DNA of 64,000 bases from Octopus sinensis (GCF_006345805.1 NC_043021.1:27962001-28026000), one strand, 5' to 3'. Counted from the stretch's first letter, positions 37,748-53,361 are shown. Notes: generated from the letters alone by a model not told the origin. Translations and numbers: made by a program.

Positions 37748-38046
37748 TATATTAGAAGAAATGAGGTACTCACAAAATCGGATGGTTTTATATTTACAGA
37801 TATTTATTTGTATATTACATGTTTTTATACATCATATATTATACATCATGTATTAGCGCTTTCTCCCATTCTAGTGGGGTTTTTAAATCATTCTAGTGAG
37901 GTTTGATTTAAAAACCCCACCAGAATGGGAGAAAGCGCTAATACATGATCTAAGTTGTATGATGTATAAAAACATGTAATATACAAATAAATATCTGTAA
38001 ATATAAAACCATCCGATTTTCTGAGTACCTCATTTCTTCTAATATA
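37748..38046. repeat. Long palindrome, 143-bp arms, 13-nt spacer
   Basis: 37748-37890 vs 37904-38046, few differences; starts at a TA run. Confidence 0.92.
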
Positions 38047-38135
38047 AAATACCTGTACATCAGCTCCAAACCTTCCAATATATATATATATACCCACACA
38101 CACACCGAATACCCCCCACACACACACACACACAT

Positions 38136-38181
<46 letters not shown>

Positions 38182-38312
38182 CATATACACATGTATATTT
38201 ACACACATCCACACACATTTACACGTAAGTTTATATATATGACACAGACACATAGAGCTATTTATATAAGTATATACACGAGTATATATGTATATATATA
38301 TATATTATATAT

Positions 38313-38360
<48 letters not shown>

Positions 38361-38637
38361 ATATATATGAGTATATATGCATATATATATAAATAGATAC
38401 ATAAATATGTTTGTACATACGCATATTTACGACACAGAGGAACGTTTAAACTGAGACAACGTACATTTGATATTAGTATTTAGATAACGAACGGCCATGT
38501 TAGTATTTCCAAAAAATACAAATGTAGCGAATGTAACGTATCATCTAATTGCGTTTGATGTGTACGTCATTGAATCGGACGAAGAGGAGAGACCGGGCTG
38601 CTAATTAAGCACACACACATATTTAGATGGGGATTTA

Positions 38638-38738
<101 letters not shown>

Positions 38739-39169
38739 GTATGCATATATATATATATATATATATACATACATATATATATATATATATATATGCAATG
38801 TGTATTTGTGCTTATATCTAGGCATCCATCCCAACATCTATGCATCCATATACACAGACACACACGCACACACACACAGACACACACACATATGATACTC
38901 ATTTTTTAATGTCTTTATTTTCTCTGTAACTATCAACCTTTTGTTTTTGTTTGTCTGTCTGTCTGTCTTTCCCGCTTCTCCCCCGTTTCCTGCAATCTAT
39001 TATCGCTCTTTGATTCTGATTGTGTCTACGACTTGGAACTTATTTTGAAACTCTAAATGTTGCAACATTATTTATATTATTTACTCTTCTGATATCTGTG
39101 TCGCAGTTTATATGTTTCGCATAGAATTTCTAGTCACTCTGAATCTACCTGAGAATTAGCAGATAATTC

Positions 39170-39790
39170 TCCTTCAATAATTCTCCATTACCAAGTGATC
39201 TATGCTCTTCTTTCCTTCATAATCCCATTATTATCACTGGCGGTTTGGATTGTGCATTAGCTTTTGTCCATTGTCGCAGAAGGTGGGTATTATATCATGT
39301 ATGAATTCCTTATCTGTATAGTTTTTTTTTTACCTTGAAATTTTGTCCCCGTGGTAGTAACCCAAGTCTTAAAATGTCTCTCACTGTTGGAAGCTCTGAT
39401 ACTGGAAGCTCTTTCCCTGTACCAATTAACAGGCTCAAGTGAGATAACATCTGGCCTCTAGTCCTCAGCGTTGATATCTTGTGAATAACTGAAAAGAGTA
39501 AAATTTCATTTAACCAATTAAAAGATAATATAAAAGTAATATTTTGAGTCTAATCAATTTTTCATATAAATTTTCAGTTATTGTTTCAAAACAACGCCAT
39601 ATTGAAAATTTAGGATAAAATTGATGTCGCTTAGAGTTATTTCAATCGATTTCGGTTTATATATCTCAAGTCTGGGAGTAAAAAAAGCACAAAAATTTTA
39701 CTACTAAATTAGATTTTTAGTAAGTTATTAAAATTGACACCCCCTAGTACCCAGGCGTGTGAATGGTTAGTGAATAAATCCTAAGGAAGA
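39170..39790 (-). mobile_element. Unclassified decayed DNA transposon (N-terminal transposase-like frame)
   Basis: RTRGQMLSHLSLLIGTGKELPVSELPTVRDILRLGLL, then after frameshifts YTDKEFIHDII..RQWTKANAQ.KPPVII. Confidence 0.4.
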
Positions 39791-40360
39791 ATCGGTGTTG
39801 GAGCCCCTGAGGCCATTAGTTTAACATTGCCTTCAAGCTCGCTATGACAGCTCCAATGACAACACTGCTGCTAAATTCTGACGGCCGGGTTGTTTTTTCG
39901 TCTATACCCAACTGGCTGTTCCATTGTTGCCTGACAGCTCGGACGTTCACCCATGGTCATGAATGAATACCAGAGATCTACAGCATATAAACTTAATACG
40001 TTGTAATAATTTCTGTCTGTGTTTTGTGAACTGTACTTCACTTCATACAAAATCAATACAGGGAACCCTTCAGTTGTAGCAATTGTCTGTAATAATGCTA
40101 TATTTCATTCTAATTTAGCGCAGTATGAATTCACTGGGTTCTTGTGTGAAAATATGCTTTAATAATGCTATTAATGAAATCGTAATTTTCTACTTAATTA
40201 ATTATTGAATCTTCCTAAATATATATTGGGAATTGGAGAGGAAAGAAAGTTTTAAAGATGGTGACTACAAGCGGGCCACGTGTAGTTAAAGATACACTGA
40301 GAAAGGCATATCCCCACATAAACACACACACGTATGTGTTTACACACACACACGTATGTG

Positions 40361-40430
<70 letters not shown>

Positions 40431-40491
40431 CACACAAATATATATATATGTGTGTGTGTGCATATATATATGTGTAGATGGAGATATAGAT

Positions 40492-40539
<48 letters not shown>

Positions 40540-40645
40540 GAATATATATATGTATATATATACATATGTATATACATATATATATATGTATATATGTATA
40601 CATGTAATATATATATATATATATAATATATATGGGGAGAGAGAA

Positions 40646-40647
<2 letters not shown>

Positions 40648-40718
<71 letters not shown>

Positions 40719-40720
40719 CA
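40648..40720. repeat. (GATA)n microsatellite
   Basis: Direct reading. Confidence 0.95.
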
Positions 40721-41357
40721 GATAGGGATAGAGACAGGGGGGCTGAATTAAAACTTCTTTGGGGAGAAAAAGTGAAGAGGTGAGAGGGCGACTGACAGAG
40801 GAAAAACGAAAGAGCTCCTGTGAAAGAAAGTAAAAGAACGAGATCTGTATGGAGACTGTAACTGTTTGAACGTTCATGCACTTACAGATCCATATTCACT
40901 TATATAAACATAAATGCACTTTATGTATGTATGCAGCGTATGCATGTATTTCTCTATGTACGCATAAACGTAGAGACTTGTACAAAAAAATGTATGTCAT
41001 CTCAATTTAAGCGTAACATTTAAAGTAGTTTTTCAGCGCATTCGGTCCCCCATATCTTCTCAGTGGAAGCCATCATTATGTGGTCTTGAATTGTTCATCA
41101 CTATAAGAGCTTTCACCGGCACAAGTGAAAGTAGCGTATATTTAAGGGAAATAAATGCACCACTTCATCAGCATGAAGTGTTAATTCAATCATATGGAAT
41201 GATGAATAGGAACAAGAAATCAATATCCATTTGAAATCAGCCTTAAAATATTAGGATGAAAATTAGAAAGACGCCGAGGCGGACAATGCTTTAACTAAAG
41301 ACTTCATCTTGTATTGATAACAGCTTGATATTGTACAGCACGTGTGTAGGCTTGTAG

Positions 41358-41399
<42 letters not shown>

Positions 41400-42098
41400 A
41401 GACACAGACATACACACAGATACACACACACACACACACACACACTCAAATGCACAGTAAAAGCTCATTTGTGTATGTATGTATGTTCGTATGCATGTAT
41501 GCATATATGTATGTATGTATGTATATATGTATCTATCTATCTGTCTATCTATCTATCTAACTAAAGATATATATATATACATGTGGGTATATATACATAT
41601 AAATAAATAAATAAATATATATATATATATACATACTTATATATGTATGTGTGTGTGTGCGTGTGTCTGTGTGTGTGTTGTGTGTGTGTGTGTGTGTGTG
41701 TGTGTCTTTATATATATATTATATAAATCTGCACTGATACAAACGTATATATTTATAATAGTCACATTGTTACATGATTATGTGTTTGTGTGTGTACGCG
41801 TGTGTGCGTGCGTGTGCGCGTGTGGGCAGTGCGTGTTTGTCTGTGTTTGTATCTATGTATCTATACGTATAGGTAAGCATACGTCTGGCTGTGTATGAGT
41901 TCTGATTTACCTACATTCCTACGCATATTTGTGCTTGTATACGCAAGGAGGGCGACAGAAGCCACGATCAATATATAGGGCAGATGCACATGCAATCGCT
42001 TCCCACATGCGTATGACGAGTGTGTATGTGTATAACAGATACATAGATGAATTCATATATCTATACGTAAAGGGCTCAATCTATATACTTACATCTAT

Positions 42099-42158
<60 letters not shown>

Positions 42159-42178
42159 TATGTATGTGTATATATATG

Positions 42179-42252
<74 letters not shown>

Positions 42253-42254
<2 letters not shown>

Positions 42255-42398
42255 CGACGGGCATCTTTCAGTTTCCATCTACCATATCCACTCACAAGGC
42301 TTTGGTTGGCCCGCTTGCCCAAGGTGCCACGCAGTGGGACTGAACCCGGAACTATGTGGTTGGTAAGCAAGCTACTTACCAAACACGCACTCCTGCGC
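42253..42398 (-). mobile_element. SINE 5' half (main family)
   Basis: Reverse complement of 17035-17190. Confidence 0.85.
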
Positions 42399-42599
42399 TT
42401 ATATATTGACATATGTTTTACTACTTTCATACGGACATACACATTCAAACATAGAGACATATACGAATATGTACACATACACACACACAAACATACACAC
42501 ACGCACACACCCACACGCACATACACACACATATATATGCATTTATATATATTGAGAGAGAATGAGTGAGGAAGAGATTTATATCCTGTGTGTAAGTGT

Positions 42600-43130
<531 letters not shown>

Positions 43131-43420
43131 TTCTTACTCTCTGTCTCTGTATATATGTATGTATGTACAGGCACATACACACACAAACACACACATATAT
43201 ATGTATGTATGTATGTCTAACATGATCAATATATTCTGAGCACTCCCGCTCTATCAATCTCGGGTTTTTCAGGTTTCACCCGTTTCTCTATGCCCTTTCT
43301 GCTCTTTCTTTCTTACTTTTATTTTTACATGTACGCATAATATGCTTAAGTGCAAGAATGACACCCACCTGTCTATCCGTATGCGTATATATATATATAT
43401 GTATGAGTATCTGTGTGTGT

Positions 43421-43499
<79 letters not shown>

Positions 43500-44257
43500 T
43501 TTGTGTATTTTGTGCATGTAATGGCTCCGTTATTTCTTTCATATGAAGATGAGTATGGAATATTGTTATGTACGATGTTGTAGATGATAAAAAAAACCCG
43601 GAAAGAATTCATCCATGATGAATTACAATGAAATGACTTAGCCGGCAACAAAGCAAAATGTTTGTAGAAATGAGAATGACAATGTAAAGTGATTTAGAGC
43701 GAAGGATGAAGGTATTGACAGGAATGGTTTGTATTGGAGTGATGTATTGAGAATGTGTCATGTTAAAAACGATGTTTTGTAACCAATATGGTGGCTGATT
43801 GGTACAACGCTCCGCTGAATAAAATGGATAGGATTTAAACAGAGTGCTTCGTTATGATATGTGACAGAAAGCAATACTGCATCAAAAATATATACAAATA
43901 TATGAATGTTAAAAATGATTTGAGAAATAATAATTTCTTGAATTTAAATTAAGAAAAGAAAATGAAAGCCAAGAAGTATGTGATGCCTCCTTCTCGTTCG
44001 TTCGTTTCAGCTACGTATGTAAGGGATAATGAGACGGATTAAAGGATTAAATCCAAAGGGATTAGTATTGGTAGACGTTCGTGTAACATTTGGTGAGAAT
44101 ATTAACGGATTTACCGTCGTCTTCTCAACGAAATTACATTAATTGATTTATTTTATTAATTTAAGTTTTTAATTATCTTGTTATTAATTAATTTCCACGT
44201 TTTTCTTTATTTTTATTGTCCTAAAATTGTTATTAATTGTTTAATCTTTTATACTTT

Positions 44258-44596
44258 TACTTGTTTCAGTCATTAGCCATGCTGGGTTGACACCTTCAAG
44301 AAATTTAGTTTAACGATTCGACTACATTTTTAAAGCATGGATCTAGTTTGGCGAACAACTAAGTCCAGGGACGTAAACACACCAACACCGATTGTCAAAT
44401 GGTGGTACGTGTCACGTGTCAGACACAAAATTTAATGTGCTTCTATCAGTTTCCATCTACCAAACCCATTCACAAGAATTTAGTCGACCCGAGGCTATAG
44501 GAGAAGACACTTGTCCAAGGTGTCAGGCAGTAGGGCTAAACCCGGAATCTTACTGGTGAGAAACTAAATTCTTACCACAGAGCCACGCCGGCGCCC
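44258..44596 (-). mobile_element. SINE, near full length, decayed
   Basis: Reverse-complement similarity to 17035-17409. Confidence 0.75.
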
Positions 44597-44750
44597 ATGA
44601 AAGTAATATCGGGTCGATTTGAACCCAGAACGGAAAGTCGGAATGAATAGAGAGATTATGTTTGACGCCTTAACGAATCTGCCAATTTAATCTTTAACTT
44701 GTTTCAGCATGAGACTTCCGCTGTACTGGAGCAGCCTCTGGGAAGAACAA

Positions 44751-44824
<74 letters not shown>

Positions 44825-44947
44825 GTATATATGTATGTATATATATGCATGTATTTATTTATGTATGCATGAGCGCCATACTAATACATTTGTTTGTTTG
44901 TACTCCACCTGCCTTCGTCTTTTGTTTATTTTCGTAAACCTTCCCGT

Positions 44948-44997
<50 letters not shown>

Positions 44998-45030
44998 GTG
45001 TGTGTATGCATGTGTGTGTGTACATGCATA

Positions 45031-45432
45031 GGTGCAGGCGTGGCTGTGTGGCAGGAAGTTTGCTTTGAAACCATATGCCTCTGGGTTCAATTGTCTTCTA
45101 CTATAGCCTCGGGCCGATCAAAACTTGTAAGTGGATTTGGGAGACGGAAACTGAAAGCTGCCCGTCATATATATGAATGCACACACATACACACACATGT
45201 ATATATACATGTGTGTCCGTGTCCGCGCGTTTTTGTCGATGGTTATCTCTCACGGCAGCTTGACAACTGGATTTCGTATGTTTACGTTACCCTGACCAAG
45301 CAGTTCGACAAAAGAGGTTCAAAAAATGAGTACAAAGGCTTTAAAATAAACTTAAGTACTGAGGTTAATTCGTTCGACTAAAATTCTCCAAGGCCGTGCT
45401 CTAGCATGGCCGCAGGCTGAAACAAGTAAATG
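45031..45432 (+). mobile_element. SINE, near full length, decayed
   Basis: ggtgcaggcgtggctgtgtgg head; ends ctagcatggccgcaggctgaaacaagtaa. Confidence 0.8.
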
Positions 45433-45619
45433 CTAAAAGCTTAAACGTAAAAGACGTGATTACATACAAACACACACACACACACGCATGTATACACATA
45501 TACATACATACATACATATATACAAATATACATACATACATACATGCATACATACATACACACACATACATATATATATATAGAGAGAGATTTATATATA
45601 TATATATATATATATAATA

Positions 45620-45682
45620 GATAGATAGATAGATAGATAGATTGATAGGTAGATAGACAGATAGATAGACAGACAGACAGAC

Positions 45683-45740
<58 letters not shown>

Positions 45741-45775
45741 GTAGATAGATAGATAGATAGGTAGATAGGTAGATA
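45620..45775. repeat. (GATA/GACA)n microsatellite
   Basis: Direct reading. Confidence 0.95.
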
Positions 45776-45795
45776 CTCACACATGTATCTCCGTG

Positions 45796-45834
<39 letters not shown>

Positions 45835-46205
45835 TTGTGTATGTGAGTGCGTACCTGTGTTCCTGTATACGTATAACGTACAAAAGTTACATACACATCC
45901 GCGCACACACTATGAACGCAGAGAGGAGGAACTAATGTCTGCCGCATAAATAAGTCTCGTAATGAGTCTACAATGGATTTATCTGGATGTCATTGCGCCG
46001 TTAATGAGAAATTAATGAATAATTAAAGAAAACTACGACGAATAATAGAATTACGACAAAGAATTGGTGTAAACTACAACACCCCCAGCATAGATCTCTG
46101 CATCAGACTGACGTTTTGATTAAAGAAGAATTTTAAAGAGAAAATTAGGATATACATTCATAGATATATATGCATATACATGCATTATATATATATATTA
46201 TATAT

Positions 46206-46249
<44 letters not shown>

Positions 46250-46256
46250 ATATATA

Positions 46257-46296
<40 letters not shown>

Positions 46297-47849
46297 ATAG
46301 ACATACGCATACGTATATGCATATACATGTATACACATATACATAAATAGATACACACATGAATGTACACACATTTGTATGCGTACGTGCATATGCATGC
46401 ACGTGTGTGTGTGTGCATATATATATGTATAATACAATATTTATATATATATTTTTTATTTTATCTAGTTTCAGCTCACGAGCTGTGGCCATGCTGGGGC
46501 ACTGCCATTTGGTGCATGAGAGAGTTTGATACAGCTGCACTCATCTGCACCTCCTGCCGCGAAGTTGGTTCATCTGGGACATTTAATAGGAAGAGGTCCA
46601 GCTTTTTTTGAAGACACCTACACCCACACATATAAAATACAATATATATATATATATATATATATATTGTATATATATATATGTCCGTATGTATGTATAT
46701 ATGTTTATATATAGGTACTTATATGTAGGTGTGTATATAAGCACGGAGTATTATAATTTCACTCAAGATATATTCTATTATTTGTAAACAGAATATTATC
46801 CATATCGAAATGATATTACCGTCATTTTAATATTGTATCTCTTTATTAACTGTAAATGTAGAAATTCTCGTTTTTCACCTAGCAATGCATCTTATTTCGT
46901 GGTATTCTTGAAAATAGGCGTTGTCAATGTGGTCGATTATAAATTATTTCGTTGCCTCACATCATCGCTCTATAGAATGATAAACTATGAGCGTCAGAAA
47001 TTGTGTTCCAATTTGGTTGACGGTAATACATACATACATACATACATACATACATACATACATACATGACTATAGTTGACCACTTTTGATCGAAGAAGAC
47101 GACCACTAACCATTTCCCAAGCAAAACCTCAGCAGTTCCTCAGCATAAGTTTATAGCAGGTGCGGTCTTCGCCACCCGGGTTCGTTTCCATAGCTTTCAT
47201 GTTATATTTTGCTGGGATATATCGAGGTGTAGGTGTTTTATCCGATATTTGTTGGCGATATTTTCAACCAGGAACAACTTGAATGTCATAAGATGCTCTT
47301 CTTCTCGTGTGGAATTCAATATTATTTTAAACAGGGGCAGGCCAGCCGAGGTGAAAATATTCTGTCTTAGTGTGATGTAACACAAGCGTGATTTGTGTAG
47401 AGGACGGGGATGAAACCTTCGTTGAATTTTAGAGTTGATACAACATCACTTGGGCAATGCTGTCGGAATATTCTCTACATCGTACAAATGATATACGGTT
47501 CACGTTGCAATCAGATCGTTGTAATCGACTTAATCCTTTCTCTGAAATTGCCGGCCTTGTGCTAAACTTTGAAACAAATACACAAGACGGGGATTCAAAA
47601 TGTCTTTACTAGCGCTTAGTTCCTAAATATAAATGTTGCAGAATTTTTGCTTGGAATGATTGTAACATATGATTTGTATTATTTTCAGATTACTGAACAG
47701 TTTTTAGTACTTTTTAATATTTAATAAATATACTTATTTTGAAATGGTATCATTGATGGGACTGCAGCCATACTGGAGCATTATATTCAGGTGAATTTAC
47801 TCGACTACATCGGCTAAATTACATTTAGCTACATTTTATAATATATTCG

Positions 47850-48110
47850 GTTACGACGAAGAAGGTTCCCATTGAGCCGATCAACGGAACACCCTGCTCG
47901 TGAGATCAGCTTGTAAGGGACTGAGCACTCCACTCACACGTGTACAAGCCCTTTGAATACACAAATATCAGTCATTGTTGCCAGCGGAGTGGACTGAAGC
48001 AATGTGAAATAAAGCGTTTTGCTCAAGGACACAAATCGTCGCCAGGTATTGAACTCACAACCTTACGATCGGGAGCCGAAAACCCTAATCAATCAGCCAC
48101 GCACCTTTAC
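47850..48110 (+). mobile_element. SINE fragments
   Basis: gagccgatcaacggaacacc... and gcaatgtgaaataaagcgttttgctcaaggacaca...attgaactcacaaccttacgatc. Confidence 0.6.
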
Positions 48111-48234
48111 TAAGTAGGGGACACGCGCATTAATATGGATGGTGATATCTGGGTTAGATAATTTAGACAGGTATTATATCTTTGTTCAGCTCACGATAAT
48201 GTACACAAAATGCATGCACTTCCATGTATGTGTG

Positions 48235-48296
<62 letters not shown>

Positions 48297-49974
48297 GTGC
48301 GCACAGGGTGAGACAGATTTCTGCAAATATGCCGTCTAATATGTTCCATTCACTGACAAGACACTGGGGAAAAATCTCATGCTATGACAGAAAACATTAT
48401 CTCTCTCAGAGCCGCACGTGCGGAACGAATCTGGAAACACGTAATTGCGAAGCAAATATCTTTTTCATAATTTACACAGTCACAATGTATTGCACTCTTA
48501 ACTGGCACATTATTATATATTCACAAAATGAATAATTTACAATTATGAACACTTCTTTATGAAGACTAATCTAGTTCCTACCACTGTAATTCCACACACA
48601 CTGTTACCAGTAGTTTCTCCGCTATGATAATGCATGCAGTTGTTCTTTTGAGATATTTAACTTAATCAGTGAAAGCACAACTGTCCATGTTACGAGAAAA
48701 TGTCAACAGCAATCATCTAATTCTAATATTTCTGCCAAAAAAGCCTGGAGCGAGCGAGAGGTTGTAAGCAACTACTAACTTGACTTCGTGACACGACTTC
48801 GATTCATTGTTAACAAAACCACATTTAAATTGCCGATTGTTCAAGAGGAAACTTGGAAGATCACCATATTAAATTTTGACATAACTATAAGAGTACATTA
48901 GCTGCACGTCCTAGAGGCTGGCTGGTTATCTAACATGTCTGGTTTGCGAATCAAGTGCTTCTGAGTTCGCATTCAAAAGGCAATACTCTTCGCCTGTGTG
49001 TGTTTTCTGTTGAAGGTTCAATTCGCCTATGATTCATTTCGGAAGAGTATACACGCACGCACATACAAACACACATATTGATACATATAGATATATACAC
49101 ACATGTATACATTCATACATATATGTTTGCATACATACCTATACGCATATAGGTGTGTGTGTGTGTGTGTGTATGGGCGTGTGTGAAATATTTATATTTA
49201 ACTATTTATATATTTAACAATTTAAATATTTTTAGTAATATTTTAATTTGACTAGTTGAATTGACCCATATTGTCACTGTTATTAGCATATTTTTATTTC
49301 CTTCATTTCCTATTTTTGCATTTATTTATTTATGTTAAATACCATATCTCGGTATCGTAGCAACTTCACATATTTACATCCGGTAGCTCAGCCTTCCGAA
49401 TGCTGCATATCTGAAATCTTTAGATTGAATTTTGTCCAATAGTTCTTTAGCTTTATTAGTGTAGTTCAATAATTTATAAGAGGTGAAAGGGAATGTTTTG
49501 CAAGTATATTCATTTATTCATTTTTCTCTATCTATTTTCACACTTTACTCTATTTTGATTTATTTATTTTTAATTTATTTATGTCTTTATTTATAATTTT
49601 ATGTACCCTAACTTTTTCGATATTTATAAGTAACAGATTACTTGAATGTCATCCACCTTAATCAAATATTAATAGCTATACACACTTCAATTAAACTCTA
49701 CATACTAATTTTTATGTTGATTTAATAAGGATAGATATAATAGCACAATATGACTTTTTACCAATTATATCTACTTGAGCTTTCTTACACTTAACACTCC
49801 GGATGACTAAATTTTTATATTCTTATTTTACAACTCCAGTACACACAACTCTTCTCCCCTTCTAAAGTGTTTACCATTTTTATACTATGGTCTTTCTGTA
49901 TAAATTTTATCTGTTAACGGTTTGCAGCCATTTACTCAACATGCAGGAATTGAACACCTATTTTGTATATCTTT

Positions 49975-50061
49975 ATCCACCTCTGAAGAAATTCAACTTT
50001 TATATAATTTTTAATTTAATTAATTTTCTGAAGGTCTAGAATTGAAACAGCTGTAAGGGAT
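49975..50061 (+). ncRNA. Type I hammerhead ribozyme motif, canonical core
   Basis: atccacct CTGAAGA (49983-49989) aattc...gaatt GAAA (50044-50047); palindromic stem III acagctgt; A17; agggat. Confidence 0.8.
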
Positions 50062-50521
50062 GTTTGTCAATTTTTTAATTAATAAATAATAATTTATTAA
50101 TTAACTCTCAATTTTCTCATTTATTATAATAAATAAATGTATATTAACCACGATTTATATAGTTGAGTATTAAATGTAATGTTCAATATTCTTTGTATAG
50201 GTAATTAACCAGTATTTCCATAGGATTTTGCTATCCCTGAATGAGGTTTTTAACCATTAATTGTGTGTGTGTGTGTGTGAAAAGACAGAAACAAATATTA
50301 AAGACATGAAGAGGGGAATTATATAGTTAAAATGTTTTTTGAAGAGGTAGAGAGAAACAGAGAAATATAAAGTATTTAAAATCATATAATTTATGAATTA
50401 TTGTGACTGGAAATGAAATAACTAAACAAGCTAAAAAGAAAATTGCAAGTCATCCCTTCTTCCTTAAATAACTTCTTTCTATTATTTTTCGTTCTTTAGA
50501 AATTCCAAGAGCCCCGTTAGC

Positions 50522-50594
<73 letters not shown>

Positions 50595-50599
50595 CATAC

Positions 50600-50632
<33 letters not shown>

Positions 50633-50645
50633 ATATATATATATG

Positions 50646-51046
50646 CTCTTTTACTCTCTTACTTGTTTCAATCATTTGACTGCATCCATGCTGGAGCACC
50701 GCCTTCAGTCGAGCAAATCATCCCCCGGACTTATTCTTTGTAAGCCTAGTACTTATTTATCGGTCGCTTTTGCGAGGTCATTAAGTTACGGGGACGTAAA
50801 CACACCAGCATCGGTTGTCAAGCGATGGTGGGGGACAGACACAGATACATAAATACACACACACACACATATATACGCATACATGTATACGACGGGCTTC
50901 TTTCTGTTTCCGTCTAACAAATACTCTCACAAGGCTTCGATCGGCCCGAGGCTATATTAGAAGACACTTGTCCAAGGTGCCACGCAGTGGAACTGAACCT
51001 GGAACAATGTGGTTCGTAAGCAAGCTACTTACCGCACAGCCATTCC
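50646..51046 (-). mobile_element. Full-length SINE (main family)
   Basis: Reverse complement of 17035-17409. Confidence 0.9.
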
Positions 51047-51134
51047 GGCGCCTATATGTGTAACGCTTGCAACACAAAGGTTTCCCAAACGGTCACCCAT
51101 TTAAGTACTAACTATCCTCGACGTAAATATATAT

Positions 51135-51183
<49 letters not shown>

Positions 51184-51455
51184 TAAAACACGTACTTTGT
51201 GTATGTATGTTCCGTTTTGTTTATCTACTTAGAGCTGCTTCTAATTGATATTTGAATTTTTTCCATGGGATGAAACGTCGAAAGATGCAAGTAAATGGTG
51301 TTTATATCGTTTAGCATAGAGTCCTAGTCGGTGATATGGCTTGCAAAGAGCTTTGTTCGGTAAGCGGATTTGACAAGCCAAAACAATGAAGAAACATCAA
51401 TGTCCGACCCTCCTAGAAAGGACCTGATCTGAGTTGTCTTGTTTGACTGACTTAC

Positions 51456-51505
51456 TTTCATATATATTTTTGCACCAGGCTCATAGTGAATATATTTCCT
51501 TACGC
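51456..51505 (-). CDS. Candidate 50-nt coding exon of an unidentified gene
   Basis: Acceptor tttttaatttcttgg...cttttag| and donor |gtaagt; open frame xVRKYIHYEPGAKIYMK (phase 1 to 0). No partner exon or homologue recognised. Confidence 0.25.
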
Positions 51506-52599
51506 CTAAAAGTCGCAGCCGATCCAAGAAATTAAAAACATCGAAGCAGACATATATATGCACACATCACTATTTGTACAGAGATTTGTTTGGAAAACCC
51601 AGCCTCATTTCTGACAGAAACTCTTTGAGGATACTTTTTCAATATCTACGTTAAAATAAGCATTAATTTATATATAATAATGTTTTCTTCTTTCCTTCAA
51701 GACCACTTTATACCATTATGGTGAAATTCTTGCCCATGTTAGCCACATAAAATGAGGTTAGTGTGTGATTTAAGAAAAATTTGTTTGATATTTTTAAGAG
51801 ATCGAGTTAGCAGGCAAAGACTCACTCACTGCCGCCTTCAGCGTCTGCTATCTACTTTGAAAATCAATGTTAGTGTCTTTTTATAGTAATTTTTTATGCC
51901 AAACCCACAACTACGGTGGACACTATGTTACACTTCCGAACAATCCCGCTAACGTTTTCTGCTGACATTATCGTTACTACTAATAATTATTCATAATAAT
52001 AACAAAGGCAGCGTTTCCTTTATTCCAAGCTTAGAAATTCCACGGCTATTCTTTTTATCGTTTGGAACGTTAATGGGTTTTTTTTTTCCTGACGATCAAC
52101 AGCCGATAGCGAAACTCTCTAACAATAACATAATCAATTTCGTGAGACGTTGCTATTGGGATTTGTGTGTGATGTGAGACATAGTTAATATATGTTACGT
52201 GTATAGGCTTTATTGTTTTTCTCGTTATTGCTATTAAGCGTCGATTAGATATTTATGTAAAAGGTTGACTAGGTTCCATGCAACTCATTTAATTGAAATA
52301 TTAAACATTCGTTAATGCGCTAATTGGGAAGAAATACGAGTTTGGGGAAGGCAAAGGCCTATCCTTATATAAAAAATAAAATAATTACATTAATACATGC
52401 ATTTATGCAAACGAAGATCAAACACAAAGTACAACACTTTTGCAGTGTGAAAGGTGGAAAATTATCAAAAAAAACCAACTCTTCCCAATAAACTGCAATA
52501 TGAGAGGTATAAATGATGAGAGGTGATCATAATTCTGCTGAAATATGCAAAAGTAGATTGCGACAAGTTTGTATGGATCACACATAGATAAAACGCTCA

Positions 52600-52760
52600 G
52601 CAGTCTGCCTTTATTTTCTAGGTTCAAACTCCGCCTTGATCGTCTTTGATTCGCATCCTTTCGCAAGCGATTAAATAATTACGAGTTGGGCACTTGGGTC
52701 TACGTCAGCGACTAGTTTCTCCACCCATCTCAAAATTCAGGCTGTGTGCCAATAGTAGAA
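52600..52760 (+). mobile_element. SINE fragment (decayed)
   Basis: aggttcaaactccgcc...catcctttcg...gagttgggcacttgggtc...aattcaggctgtgtgccaatagtagaaag. Confidence 0.6.
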
Positions 52761-53308
52761 AGAATTATAATTCAAACGAAAAGTAGTAAAAATATTAATA
52801 GCTCATACTGTACAGTAGCTGTGTTTTGAACAACAGACACATTCAGGTATGTCAAATACCATGAAATATGAATTCTTGATCTATTAGAACTGTATCTGCT
52901 TCCTGCGATGTATTATATTAAAGTTAATGTCCAAGATTCACGAGAATGCTGAGACTCCAGCTTGAACTGCAAGTGTGTTAGAGTGGCAAAATGACGATTG
53001 GCAGCAGGCAGCTTTATGAATTGAGTAGGAAGAAGCGTATTATTGAATGTATTCCTTATTATCTATACTCATGTAACATCATATTTAAAGATATGTCATA
53101 ACGGTACCGGAGACCAATTGTTACACCTGTTTAAACTTTCATTTCTTATGCTCATACATAATATAAATACTCATGTATAAACGAAACTGAGATTGAGTTT
53201 TAAAAAATCAATAACACAAATAATAATAGGAAAAACAACAACATGAGTAAAAATTAAAATAATAATAGTAATAATAATAGTAATAATAATAATAATAAAA
53301 TAATAATA

Positions 53309-53360
<52 letters not shown>

Positions 53361-53361
<1 letters not shown>

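Noticed and set aside
39333-39489. Minus-strand exon with good acceptor and apparent donor
   Set aside because: Protein-like sequence continues past the donor with frameshifts; better explained as a transposase fossil.
41100-41180. Minus-strand CTGATGA...gtgccggt GAAA gctc
   Set aside because: Stem II is plausible with wobbles, but stems I and III cannot be closed convincingly.
47100-47390. Possible piggyBac C-terminal fragment (MTFKLFLVENIANKY)
   Set aside because: Only one short weak resemblance; no TTAA/TIR or catalytic motifs seen.
52089-52125. CTGACGA...GAAA spaced 15 nt apart
   Set aside because: The intervening bases do not pair and there is no stem I.
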